Of a DNA stretch of 64,000 bases, positions 36,017 to 48,901 are shown piece by piece. The translations under genes were made by a program, and so were the position numbers. The DNA is from Felis catus (taxonomy: Eukaryota): assembly GCF_018350175.1 (NCBI RefSeq), contig NC_058383.1, positions 29,700,001 through 29,764,000 of the forward strand, given 5' to 3'. Under the pieces are notes generated by a model. It did not search any database, was not told where the DNA came from, and saw only the letters and a program-made list of their open reading frames with translations. Position 1 is the first letter of the stretch, and every line of letters begins with the position of its first letter.

Positions 36017-39000
36017 ATGGCAATAAATTCATATCTTTTAGTACTCACTCTAAACGCCAATGGACTAAATGTTCCAATCAAAAGACATAGGGTAACAGAA
36101 CGGGTATGAAAACAAGATCCATCTATGTGCTATTTACAAGAGACCCACTTTAGACCTAACGACACCTTCAGATTGAAAGTAAGGGGATGCAGAACCATCA
36201 ATCATGCTAATGGTCGACAAAAGAAAGCCCGAGTAGCCGTACTTATAGCAGACAATCTAGACTTTAAAACAAAGACTGTAACAAGAGATGAAGAAGGGCA
36301 TTATATCATAATTACGGGGTCTGTCCACCAAGAGGACCTAATAATTGTAAACATTTATGCTCCAAATGTGGTACACCCAAATATATAAATTGATTAATCA
36401 CAAACATAAAGAAACCCGTTGATAATAATACCATAATAGTAGGAGACTTCAATACCCCACTTACAGCAATGGGTGTATCATCTAATCAGGAAATCAACAA
36501 GGAAACAATGGTTTTGAATGACACACTGGACCAGATGGACTTAACAGATATATTCAGAACATTTCATCCTAAAGCAGTGAAATACACATTCCTCTCCAGT
36601 GCACATGGAACGTTCTCCAGAATAGATCACATACTGGGACACAAAGCAGCCATCAAGAAGTACAAAAAAATTGATTTCATACAGTGCATATTTTCAGGCC
36701 ACAATGCTATGAAACTCGAAATCAACAAGACAAAATTTGGAAAGGTAATAAACATTTGGAGACTACAGAATATCATACTAAAGAACGAATGAGCTAACCA
36801 AGAAGTTAAAGAGGAAATTAAAAAGTACATGGAAGCCAATGAAAATAATAACACCACATCCCCAAACATCAGGGACGCAGCAAAGGTGGTCATAAGAGGA
36901 AAGTATATAGCAATCCAGGCTTTTGTAAAGAGGGAAGAAAGATCTCAGATACACAACCTAACCTTACACCTTACAGAGCTGGAAAAAAGAACAGCAAATA
37001 GAACCCCAAATCAGCCGGAGACAGGAAATAATAAAGATTAGAGCAGAAATCAATGCTATTGAAACCAAAAAACAAAAACAAAAACAAAAAAACAAAACAA
37101 AACAACAACAGTGGAACAGATCAATGAAACCAGAAGCTGGTTCTTTGAAAGAATTAACAAAATTGATAAACCACTAGCCAGTTTGATCAGAAAGAAAAAG
37201 GAAATGACACAAGTAAATAAAATCAAGAATGAAAGAGGAGAGATCACAACCAACACAGCAGAAATAAAAAGAATAATAAGAGAATATTATGAGCAATTAT
37301 ACGCCAATAAAATGGGCAATCTGGAAAAAAAGGAGAAATTCCTAGAAATGTATGCACTACCAAAACTGAAACAAGAAGAAATAGAAATTTGAACAGACCC
37401 ATAACTAGTAAAGAAATCGAATTAGTAATCAAAAATCTCCCAAAAACCAAGAATCCAGGGCCAGATGGCTTTCCAGGGGAATTCTACCAAACATTAAAGG
37501 AAGAGTTAATACCTATTCTCTTGAAGCGGTTCCAAAACATAGAAAAGGAAGGAAAACTTCCAAAGTCTTGCATGAAGGCAGCATTACCTTGATTCCAAAA
37601 CCAGATAATGACCCCACTAAAAAGGAGAACTATAGACCAATTTCCCTGATGAACATGGATGCAAACATCCTCAACAAGATATCAGCCAATCGGATCCAAC
37701 AATACATGAAAAAAATTATTCACCACGACCAAGTGGGATTTATACCTGGGATGCAGGATTAGTTCAATATCTGCAAAACAATTAATGTGATTCATCACAC
37801 CAGTGAGAGAAAGGACAAGAACCACATAATCCTCTCAATAGATGCAGAGAAAGCATTTGACAAAATACAGCATCCTTTCTTGATAAAAACCTTCAAGAAA
37901 GTCAGGATAGAAGGATCATACCTCGAGATCATAAAAGCCATATATGAAAGACCCAAAGCTAATATCATCCTCAATGGGGAAAAACTGAGAGCTTTCCCCC
38001 TAAGGTCAGGAACAAGCCAGGGATGTCCACTCTTGCCACTGTTTTTCAACATATTATTGCAAGTCTTAGCCTCAGCAATCAGATAAGACATAAAAGGTAT
38101 CCAAATTGGCCCGGAGGAGGTCAAACGTTCACTCTTGCAGATGACATGATACTCTATATGGAAAACTGAAAACATTCCACCAAAAAACTGCTAGAACTGA
38201 TGTATGAATTCAGCAAAGTGGCAGGATATAAAATCAATGCACAGAAATCAGTTGCATTCCTATACACCAATAATGAAGCAACAGAAAGAGAAATCAAGGA
38301 ATTGATCCCATTTACAATTGCACCCCAAACCATAAAATACCTAGGAATATATCTAACCAAAGAGGTGAAAAATATATACACTGAAATCCATAGAAAGCTT
38401 ATGAAAGAAATTGAAGATGAAACACAAAAAAAGGAGAAATATTCCATGCTCCTGGATAAGAAGAAAAAATATTGTTAAAATATCAATACTACCCAAAGCA
38501 ATCTACATATTCAAGGCAATCCCTATCAAAATAACACCAGCATTCTTCCCAGAGCTAGAACAAACAATCCTAAAATTTGTATGGAACCAGAAAAGACCCT
38601 GAATAGTCAAAGCAATCTTGAAAAAGAAAACCAAAGCTGGAGGCATCACAATCCCAGACTTCAACCTAAATTACAAAGCTGTCATCTTCAAGACAGTATG
38701 GTATTGGCACAAAAACAGACACTCACATCAATGCAACAGAATAGAGAACCTAGAAATGGACCCACAAATGTATGGCCAACTAATCTTTGACAAAGCAGGA
38801 AAGAACACCCAATGGAATAAAGACAATCTCTTCAGCAAGTGGTGCTGGGAAAATTGGACAGCCACATGCAGAAAAATGAACCAGGACCACTTTCTTACAC
38901 CATACACAAAAATAAACTCACAATGGATGAAAGACCTAAATATAAGACAGGAAGCCATCCAAATCCTCAAGGAGAAAGCAGGCAAAAACCTCTTTGATCT

Positions 39001-39702
39001 TGGCTGCAGCAACTTCTTACTCAACACGTCTCCGGAGGCAAGGGAAACAAAAGCAAAAATGAACTACTGGGACCTCATCAAAATAAAAAGCTTCTGCACA
39101 GCAAAGGAAACAGTCAGCAAAACTCAAAGGCAACCGACAGAATGGGAGAAGATATTTGCAAACGACATATCAGATAAAGGGTTAGTATCCAAAATGTATA
39201 AAGAACTTATCAAAGTCAACACCCAAAAAACAAAGAATCCAGTGAAGAAATGGGCAAAAGACATGAATAGACATTTCTCCAAAGAAAACATCCAGATGGC
39301 CAACTGACACATGAAAAAATACTCCACATCACTCATCACCCAGGAAATACAAATCAAAACCACAATGAGATACCACCTTACACATGTCAGAATGGCTAAC
39401 ATTAACAACTAAGGCAACAACAGATGTTGGCGAGGATGCAGAGAAAGAGGATCTCTTTTGCATTGCTGGTGGGAATGCAAGCTGGTGCAGCCACTCCGGA
39501 AAACAATCTGGAGGATCCTCAAAAATTAAAGATAGAACTACCCGATGACCCAGCAATTGCACTACTAGCTATTTATCCAAGCTATTTATACTGTTTCAAA
39601 GGGGCACGTGCACCCCAATGTTTATAGCAGCACTGTCAACAATAGCCAAAGTGTGGAGAGAGCCCAAATGTCCATCGATGGATGAATGGAGAAAGAAGAT
39701 GT

Positions 39703-39775
<73 letters not shown>

Positions 39776-39912
39776 CCACATCATGGAGTATTACTCGTCA
39801 ATCAAAAAGAATGAAATCTTGCCATTTACAACTACATGGATGGAACTAGACGGTATTATGCTAAATGAAATTAGTCAGAGAAAGACAAATATCATATGAC
39901 TTCACTCATGCG
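36017..39912 (+). pseudogene. Disabled L1 ORF2p (EN-RT-C domain)
   Basis: [51 protein letters not shown]; many stops and frameshifts; (TA)n(CA)n expansion at 39705-39773. Confidence 0.95.
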
Positions 39913-40270
39913 AGGACTTTAAGACACAGAACAGATTGAACACAAGGGAAGGGAGGCAAAAATAATATAAAAACAGGGAGGGGGACAAAACAGAAGAGAC
40001 TCTTAAATATGGAGAACACAGGGTTACTGGAGGGGTTGTGGGAGGGAGGATGGGCTAAATGGGTAAGGGGTATTAAGGAATCCTGAAATCATTGTTGCAC
40101 TATATGCTAACTTGGATTCAAATTTTAAAAATTAAATTAAATTAAATTAAATAATTAAATTAAAAAAACAAAAAACAGCCAGACACTTAACCAACTGAAC
40201 CACCTAGGCACCCCAGGTATAACCTTTATTTAACAAACACCTATGCATGGCTTTCTATGTTCCAGCCCTA

Positions 40271-40352
40271 TCCTTCCTTCCTTCCTCCCTTCCTTCCTTC
40301 CTTCCTTCCTTCCTTCCTTCCTTCCTTCCTTCCTTCCTTCCTTCCTTCCTTC
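40271..40352. repeat. (TTCC)n microsatellite, probably derived from the tail of the adjacent minus-strand L1
   Basis: Direct reading. Confidence 0.9.
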
Positions 40353-40802
40353 CTTTTTCTTTCTTTCCTACTTTCTTTCTTCCTTTCATATAAGTTATTA
40401 CCAAGTTAGCTAACATACAGTGTATACAGTGTGCTCTAGGCTTTGGGAGTAGATTCCCAGGATTCATCACTTACATACAACACCCAGTGCTCATCCCAAC
40501 AACTGCCCTCCTTAATGCCCATCACCCATTTCCCCCTCCTCCCCACCTCTCCCCCCAATCAATCCTGTTTGTTGTCTGCATTTAAGAGTCTATTATGGTT
40601 TGTCTCCCTCTCTGTTTGAAACTATTTTTTTCCCTTCCCTTCTCCCCATGGTCTTCTGTTAATTTTCTCAAATTCCACATTTGAGTGTCTTTCTCTGACT
40701 GACTTATTTCACTTAGCATAATAACCTCCAGTTCCACCCATGTTGTTGCAAATTGCAAGATTTCATTCTTTCTCATTGCCAAGAAATATTCCATTGTATA
40801 TG

Positions 40803-40841
<39 letters not shown>

Positions 40842-41008
40842 ACATACACACACACCACATCTCCTTTATCCATTCATCATTTGATGGACATTTGGGCTCT
40901 TTCCATACTTTGGTTGTTGTTGATAGCACTGCTGTTAACATTGGGGTACATGTGCCTCTATGAATCAGCACTCCTGTGTCATTTGGATCAATTCCTAGTA
41001 GTGTTATT
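40353..41008 (-). mobile_element. 5'-truncated carnivore L1 3' end (different subfamily from the full-length copy)
   Basis: Minus ORF 40582-40971 (CTPMLTAVLSTTTKVWKEPKCPS...); 3' UTR reads 'gattcatcacttacatacaacacccagtgctcatccc' on the plus strand. Confidence 0.92.
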
Positions 41009-42762
41009 GTGTTTCAGCACTGTTTTAAGCACAAACACTACCTGGTTTCACCCTCCTGACAATGGCAAGGGAGATACTACTATTAATCCCATATTCCAGA
41101 TGGGAATATGAGCCCCTACAAATGAGCCCCTACACTGAGCCCAGAGAGGGTGTGTAACTTGCAGTCATGCCATTAATAAGGGGTACAGCCAGGATTCAAA
41201 CCAGGATGTTTGACCACAGGGTCTGGGCTCTGAACCCCTATTCCAACAGCCTTTCAAAAAAGGAAACTTGGCTTTCTATTCAATGGAGAGCCATCCTTAA
41301 AATGGAAGAGCTGAGAAAAGAAAATGCACATGAGCCAGTCGGATCTGACTCTGAGGGCAGTGCAAGCTTCTGGAAAGCTCCGGGGATGGACCCAGCCATT
41401 TCCTTCTCTGTCCCCACCACGAAGAGCACCCGGGGTCCCGTGCAGGCCGTGTGTTCTGTAATGCGGCTAGATTCTCACAGAGGGGGAATGGCTGCAAAGC
41501 CTGAAAAATACCGAGAAATGAGGGAAAGTATTCGTCTCCCTGTAAAAGATAATTAGACCCAGAGAGAGGCTTTTAAAAGCTGCCTTAAAAAAAAAAGGGC
41601 AGACACAGCTGAATGCGCTTCCAGTCCTCAGCTGTGTTCTTTGTAAGATGAGCTCAGAGCAGGGGAGGGGCAGGGGTGACAGGGGCATGCACATTTATGT
41701 TTGCTCACAAAAGCTCCAGGCTTGGGGCATCCTGGGTGCTGAAAAGGAGCAACCACTTGTGTCTGCTCTCTTGGGCACGGATGGTGTGGTCAAAATTGCT
41801 GACACTCTGCCAGCAGGTTTGGGCACAGCTCTGGACCCTGCCAGTGGGTGTACATTACTGTAATAAACTGACAGGAGAAACAACGTCGGTGTTGCTACAT
41901 GCAAAGGAAGTTTCTGTAGGGGCTTTGGGGGAGCAATGAGGGTCTCTGAGAACGGGAGGCCTCTAGGTGGCTGGAGGCTGTTCATGGGGTCTGAGATCAT
42001 CAAAATCTCTCTATTCTGGGTTTGAGTTTTGTTGGTGGATATGAAGACGAAGCCAACTAGTTAAAGCTTGTCACGCATGATGGGGAGAGTGGGTTTAGTT
42101 CTCTTACAAGGTGGGACTGAGGGGGTTGTCAGAGGAAGAGCCTGGTGGGAAGCAATGCAGGAGGAGACCTGGCTGGCCTGGGTTGAAGCTGCATCCCTGA
42201 CTTGATCAGCCATTGAGTTGGGATTTCTGGAACCGCAGCTCTGGAGTGACCAGAGAACCTGGAAAAGTCTTACGGAGAAGGAACGCTCATCCACACTTCC
42301 CAAATTTGGCCTGGAGGGAGAACTCCAAAGCATACATCCTGCTGGTCTGGGGATGAAAAATACGTAGCACGTATGCTGCCCCTTTCCTGTCCTGTGCTCA
42401 TGGCAGCCATCGCTAATCAATCCTAACAGGCTGTCTTAAAAGCCTGGGTGTGACTTCACAGCCCTTTTCGATACCCCTACTACCAATCAGATGGACTTGG
42501 CATGAGAGAAGAACTGTGTGGGGCCTCCCTGAAGCCCTTCCCAAGACTTCATTCACCTCTTCTTCCTGACCTCCACCACATTGGAGGGAAGCATTAGTTA
42601 GGTTCTGGTGTCCAACCACTGGGGTGTGAATCCCAGGCCCACCTCCCACTGTGTGTGCTCTTTGTCTCATTGTTTGTTCATACCAAGCTTCAACTTCCTT
42701 TCCTGTGCAATGGGGCAACACCAGCATCTACCTCATAGGAGATGTTGTGATTATGATGGTAT

Positions 42763-42807
<45 letters not shown>

Positions 42808-45004
42808 ATCTAGTATAATGTTTGACTAGATGCTCTACAAATGAGGTTCCTTTTTTTCCCCTACGAGGAGTCCCACAGAAGGTGTGAGGGATGGGTTTGG
42901 CATCAGCTGGAAGATAGAAGTCTGAGAGGTGGGATGGAAGGGAAGGAGATGGGGCAGTCAGGGGCTAGATCATGCACAGCCTTGAGGCCAGTGTAGGGAC
43001 TTTTGTTTTTTTCTTAAGGTCAAATGGATTAGGAGATGGACAGAGTTTGCCATGCTCCCTCTCACCATAGGGCTTTGGTTCAAACTTGTCCCCTTTGCTA
43101 GAATGTTCTTTGTCTCCTCTCTCGAACCCCTACTGTATCTCATTAACTTCTGAAGGTCTTCCAGTTGGCTCTCAACCATCACCTCCTCAGGGAAGCCTTT
43201 CCTGGTCTCCCACCCCCTTCTGTTCTATGTTCTCAGGTGGCCACATGGTCAATCTCCACCCACCCCCACCCCCACCAACTTGCAACTTCATACTTATTTG
43301 TGTTGTTATGTGACAAAACCATTCTCCACACTAGATTGTGGTTGGTGAGGCTAGGGGCTTGGCTTTGCCTACTGTTTTCTCTCCAGAGCCTAGCACCTTG
43401 CCTGGTATGTGGTAGGTACCCAATACTTGTTTTGTTCTAGAAATGTTGTTCAGATCATATGGTAGAAGGGACACAGGACCACAGTGGAGGCAGGGAGATC
43501 AGCGAGGAGGCTGTTGCTCCAAACCACATGAAAGTCAAGGTGGCCTTGAACTAAGATGGTGACAATATGGGCGGAGGGAAGTGCATGCTGTCAAGAGCTA
43601 GGAAAGAAGCTTTGTCTTGACAAATTACCAACAGGCATTTTTTTGTCATTCCTCTTTTCTTCTGTGGATTTTACGACTGCCTTCTTGCTTAATACAATTT
43701 CCCAAAGGAGAAGAAGGAAAGGAAAATAGGAAGTATTTGCAAAGTGGGATGGTGGAAGGCTTATCATCCGCATGCTAATCAGAAGTGGGCAGAGCCCATG
43801 TGGTGGACCTTTCCTCCAGTTCCTTGCCATGATTGTTACCAGCCTTGCACCTGCACCTCGCTCTGCCAACTCGCAGCTCAAAATGCCCAGTAGAAGTGTC
43901 TTATGAGCTCAGGGAATTAACCGCTGAGTGGCAAGGAACAGGCTTATTGAAGTCGTCAAAGCTGAAAGCGTGTTTGAACTGTGATGCGTCCTGTTGAGCA
44001 TTTTATGAATATGCAGAATCAAACAGAAACCTGCGGACGCCAGAGGGAACAGGCAGAAAGAGGCTGTCTTTAAAATCCCAGCCAATGGAAGCACACATTT
44101 CAACTCATTAAAACACACAACAGGCTGTTATAGACACTTTCAAACAGGGCTTTCTATTGAGGAATATCCTGGGGGACTTTTATTTATTTTCTTCTTTGTA
44201 GAAAGTTTTCCAGGGGCGACACCCAGTGTTCTAAGGCAGGTGGTTGTCTCAAAGGGCTGGACGGAAGCGAAGGGCAGCTTTCCTGTGGGTGACAAATCAG
44301 ATCCCCGGTTTGGGCTTTCAAAAGGCGCTTCCCTCCTTTTCCAATTTATCTGTCTAATCTCCATGATTCATTTACACATTTCAGTTTGATGGTCTCCACT
44401 TGACAGTGGGGCCCATATGCTTGCTGCTTTTGATGGAAATGGTTCTGCCTGAATTGCCTTATTTAGTTTTAATTTCCTAATTTTAGGTTCAGCTCTTGGT
44501 GCTTAACCACTTGGGGAAGTGCACGGCTTCCTCTCCCGCCCCATGCCTCAGTGGAATGTTCCCTCTCTCCCCGCAAAGCCTGAAATCCCTGCATGGGGTC
44601 ACCTTGAGAATTTCTTGGGAAGAAGAGCTGGTGTGGAGCAAACCCTTATTGCCAATTCCTTAGGAAGGATACACCCTCCCGGGAGCTCCCTCCCTCTCTG
44701 GTGGGGTGGCAGCAGACTTTGTGATTTTCCTTATTTTGTTGGAAAGTTTTCTCTTCCTTCAATTCCTTTGGAATCCAGGGTTTTCTTACTTGGCATTCCA
44801 AATCCACAGGAGGCTTCTATTTCCATATTCCCTCTACACAACAAGCACGTAAGGAAAAGTAAAGAAGATGTAACTACTATGGGCAGCTAAAATCTATTTT
44901 TACTGCCCAACACCAGCTAATTAGACCCAAGACTGTCCTTACCACCACCTTCATGGCAGTTTCCTTGGATGTAAAAATGGTACTGATTCTTTACCTCTCC
45001 TGAG

Positions 45005-45808
45005 AGCTGTGTTACATGACTTTGCACATTCCTTCCCCCTCTGACTCTGGACGGCCCTGTGGCTTGATTTGGCCAATGAGATATTAGCAAATGTCACGCA
45101 AGTGGAGGCATGGAAATGCTTCACGACTGGCCTCTCTGCTCTTGCCCTTGGTCTTTGCCATGAGAAGGGCACTTCCAGGCTAGCCCGTGGTCTCAGGGGA
45201 AAGATGAGAGACAGACACATAGGGGCAGAACTGAATCTCCTAGTCATCTCATCTTCTGGTCTAGCTGAGACCAGAAGAACTGTGAAGCCAAGTGGAATTG
45301 TGAGCTAAAATTGATGTGGGAAACAAAGGCAGAAGAAAATGGCAGATAAAATTAAATTTCCTTATAAGCTGCAGCACCTTGACAGATACTTGAGGCCAGC
45401 AGAGTAACACATTTCTCCAGGAACTCCCTATGTCTTCATGCTGATGCTTTGCTAGAGGGCAAACGACCCTCCTCTGGCAACAGCTAGGCCTTCCCCTATT
45501 CCGGGAGTGTTCTTTAGCATATGAAAATCTCACTGGAAACTTCCCCTGGACTTTACCTCCCCCAACACCTTTAGTATATAAGTTGTCTCTCCTCATGGTG
45601 CCTGGGCAGCTCTTCCGGCCATGGGTCCTGTCCCTGTGCTTTATTGAGATCACCTTTTTGCAGCAAAGATCTCCAAGAATTCTTTCTTGGTCGTTGACTC
45701 TCGTCCCCCACCACCACCCCAAAACTTCATCAAAATAACTATCTGTTGTTTCAAGACACTGGGTTTTGGGGCTGTTTGCAGCATTGTTGTAGCAATAGAT
45801 AACTGCTA
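45005..45808 (+). mobile_element. MaLR LTR (MLT1), interrupted by an ERV1 LTR
   Basis: 'gatttggccaatgagatattagcaaatgtcac', 'gcagcattgttgtagcaatagataactg'. Confidence 0.75.
45312..45732 (+). mobile_element. Carnivore ERV1-class solo LTR (CarLTR-like)
   Basis: Terminal inverted repeats TGATG...CATCA, 4-bp TSD AAAT, TATATAA at ~45575. Confidence 0.85.
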
Positions 45809-46207
45809 TCTCCTGAGACGTCACCTATGAATTCACGATGGCTCTGTATATTGCTTCCTATTGCAGGGAATACAAGTGAAGCAGTTGTGTGTGGGGGGGG
45901 GGAGGGGGAGAAAACCATGGCATTGACAAGAGTAGGTCAACTGGGCTGGTTTCTTTAGGAGAGACACCTGAGAACTTTCAGCTGAGAAAACGCAGAAACT
46001 GAACCCCTGGAAGCCAAAGGACGTCTGCCCTAGTTTTAGCTTGTTTCTCCTTTATTCTCTTGGTTGGACAAGGTCCCACTGAGAGATGATGAATATCGCT
46101 GACACCACACCACCTGCCTGTCGCGTGTCTGGCATGTATAACAATGGTCAGTGAGAGTCTGAGTGGATGCTTTTGTTACCACATCACGTCCCCCCGCCCC
46201 CACCTCC

Positions 46208-47147
46208 ACTTTATTGAGATACAATATTGTGTAAGTTCAAGGTATACAACGTAATGGTTAGATATACGTATATACCGTGAAATGATTATCACAGTAAGAT
46301 TCGCTAACACATCCATTACCATTTTACTTATTTGTTTGTTTGTTTGTTTGTTTGTTTGTTTATTTTTGGTGGTAAGAACTTTTAAGATCTCTTTTTTTAT
46401 TATTAATGTTTATTTATTTTTGAGAGACAGAGAGAGAGAGAGCGCACAAGTGGGGGAGGGTCAGAGAGACACGGAGACAGAAACTGAAGCAGGCTCCGGG
46501 CTCTGAGCAGTCAGCACAGAGCCCAACGTGGGGCTCGAACCCACAAACTGTGAGATCATGACCTGAGCCAAAGTCAGACTCTTAAATGACTGAGCCACCC
46601 AGGCGCCCCTAAGATCCACTCTTTTAGCAACTTTCAAGTATACATTATAGTGTCGTTACAGTACAGTTAGCATGCTGTACATCATATCCCCAGAACTTAT
46701 TCATCTTATAACTGAAAATTTATACCTTTTGACCAACCTCTTCCCATTTCTCCCCCTTTCTAGCTGCTGGCAACCACCAGTCTACTCTTTGTTTCTATGA
46801 ATTCAGCTTCCTTTAGAGTCCATACGTAAGTAAGATTGTACAGTGTTTGTCTTTCTCTGTCTGACTTACTTCACTTAGCATAATGCCCTCAAGCTTCATC
46901 TATGTTGTTGTAAATGCAGCAGGATTTCCTTAATTTTTTTACGGATGAATAATACTCCATTCTCTCTATAGACATAGATATATAATATCTAATTTCTTAT
47001 TCATCCATCCATCAGCAGACAGTTGGACTGTTTCCATGTCTTGCCTAATGTAAATAATGCTGCAATAAACAGGGGGGTGCAGAGATACCTTAGACATAGG
47101 GATTTCATTTTATTCAGATATATACCCAGAAGTGGAATTTCTGGAAG
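46208..47147 (-). mobile_element. Old L1 3' end (L1MA/L1MB-like) with a Can-SINE at 46391-46609
   Basis: 'cccagaacttattcatcttataactgaaa', 'tatacccagaagtggaatt'; SINE TSD TAAGATC; (TTTG)n at 46331-46361. Confidence 0.85.
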
Positions 47148-47333
47148 GTATGTAACCATATTTCTTAATTCCTACATGCTGTTGACTGCAAGACAAACTA
47201 TTGACTTTAATAGCAGCTCTTTCTGGGGGAAAAAGTGACATTAAATACACATATCAGTTACGTGACATATCCCAATTTCAGAAGAATTAAAATATGAAGG
47301 AAAAAAAACCCTTAGGAATAAGTAAATAGAATA

Positions 47334-47653
47334 CAGTTTACTCTTGAACAATGCAGGGGTAAGGGGGTCCAACCCCCATGCAGTCGAAAATCCATGTATA
47401 AATTTTGACTCCTCCAAAACTTAGCTAGCAGCCTACTGTTGGCCAGAAGTCTCACCGATAATATAAACAGTCAATGAACACATTCTGTATGTTATATTTA
47501 TTATGTACTGTATTCTTTCAATAAAGTAAGCTAAAGAAAATGGTATTAAGAAAACCATAAGGAGGAGAAAATACATTGCATGCATTTATCAAAAAATGAC
47601 CATGTAGAAGTGAATCTGTACAGTTCAAACCCGTGTTGTTCAAGGCTCCACTG
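47334..47653. mobile_element. Tc1/mariner Tigger2a/MER8-like MITE
   Basis: TIRs CAGTTTACTCTTGAACAA / TTGTTCAAGGCTCCACTG; TA on the left flank. Confidence 0.85.
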
Positions 47654-48618
47654 CATATTCAATTCCACAGTATCGACTCTGTCCACTTGGGTTCAAACCC
47701 CAGCGCTGTGTGTGACCTTGGGCAAGTTACGTGACCACTCAGATTCCTCCTCTGTAAAATGGGGTTGCCAATAGCACCTACCTCACTGAATTACTGCAAG
47801 AATTAAATGAACTATTGCATGTAACATCTTAGACCAATATCTGGCATGTGGTAAGGACCATGTGAGTCCTACCTCGTAGTAGTATCCACATGATTATCAG
47901 GCAGACTGGACGGGGTGAGGCAGAGCCTCCATTGTGCTGCATTGACTAAGCTTAAGACCTGAGATGCATGCTTCGAGTTTGACTAAGCCAAGCTCTGGTT
48001 AGCCCCAGTGTGCGATGTACTGTGTTTTTAACCGCACTTGCAGGTGTGTCTGTATACGCACGTAGACGCTATAGAGAAATGCAGGTTCGTCTCACGCCAA
48101 CAAAATGGATGCAGGTGGATGGAGGCTTGCTCCCAGCTGTCCTGTCTCCAAGGAGTCGCTCGGCCAACCTCTGGCTCTTCTCACGCTCTCCTGTCCTGCA
48201 GTGACACTGCATGGTTTCTTAGCAAAGTAAGGACGAGCAGCTGTTTCTCAAGAGCGTTCTAGCAAGTCATTTTCGGCTGGCATCTGGAAGCTGCCGATGC
48301 CACTACTACATGCTGAGTCACCACGCTGCTCTGTCAGAGACAAGGTGTGCAGAGAGGAAGGCACCGATTCAGGAACCATCATGGAAACCATCGCCTTATT
48401 CTCCAAAGTAACTGGGTGTGGTGACCTTTTGCAAAAGGCATTCCAGAAGACCATTCCAGGACCCCGTGGACCAGTTATTCATTGGGATTTACCCAAATTG
48501 TATTACCTTGAAGCCACTTAGCCTTCTTAACCTTTAGTTTTCCTCATCTGGAAAATGGGAACAATGGTGGTTCTTGTCTCAGATGGGGAACGGCAGGATT
48601 ACAAGAGAATGCATAGAG

Positions 48619-48901
48619 CAGGGGTTGGCAAACTACTGCCTACTGGCGAAGAATGGATTTTACATTTTTGAATGGTCCAAAAAAAAAAATCAAAAGAACA
48701 ATAGTATTTCACAACCCCGGGGAAGTTATATGAAATCAAACTGCAGCGTCCACAAATAAAGTTTGTAGAAAACACAACCACACACTCACCACTTTGCACA
48801 TTGTCTCCACGGTCTTTTGCTACAACGGCGGAGTTGAAAAGCTGCCATAAAGACAGCCCAGCTCACAAAGATGAACGTGTTTACTAAGTTTGCTGACGCT
48901 G
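48619..48901 (+). mobile_element. hAT-Charlie MITE (MER58B-like)
   Basis: TIR CAGGGGTTGGCAAACT / AGTTTGCTGACGCTG; TSD-like GCATAGAG/CTGTAGAG. Confidence 0.8.

Larger units (their letters stand above)
33326..40176 (+). mobile_element. Full-length inactive LINE-1 (carnivore/feliform)
   Basis: 5' end GGGAGGAACCAAGATGG, CpG-rich 5' UTR, ORF1, ORF2 (EN, RT, C-terminal domain), 3' UTR, (AAATT)n/A tail; TSD AGCCAGACACTT at 33314-33325 and 40177-40188. Confidence 0.98.

Noticed and set aside
38618..39307. 229-aa ORF as a functional gene or sign of an active L1
   Set aside because: It is only the longest surviving piece of an ORF2 with many disabling mutations.
41108..41140. Short tandem duplications (ATGAGCCCCTACA x2; also 4785-4845, 10567-10615, 50157-50185)
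   Set aside because: Ordinary slippage duplications with no sign of function.
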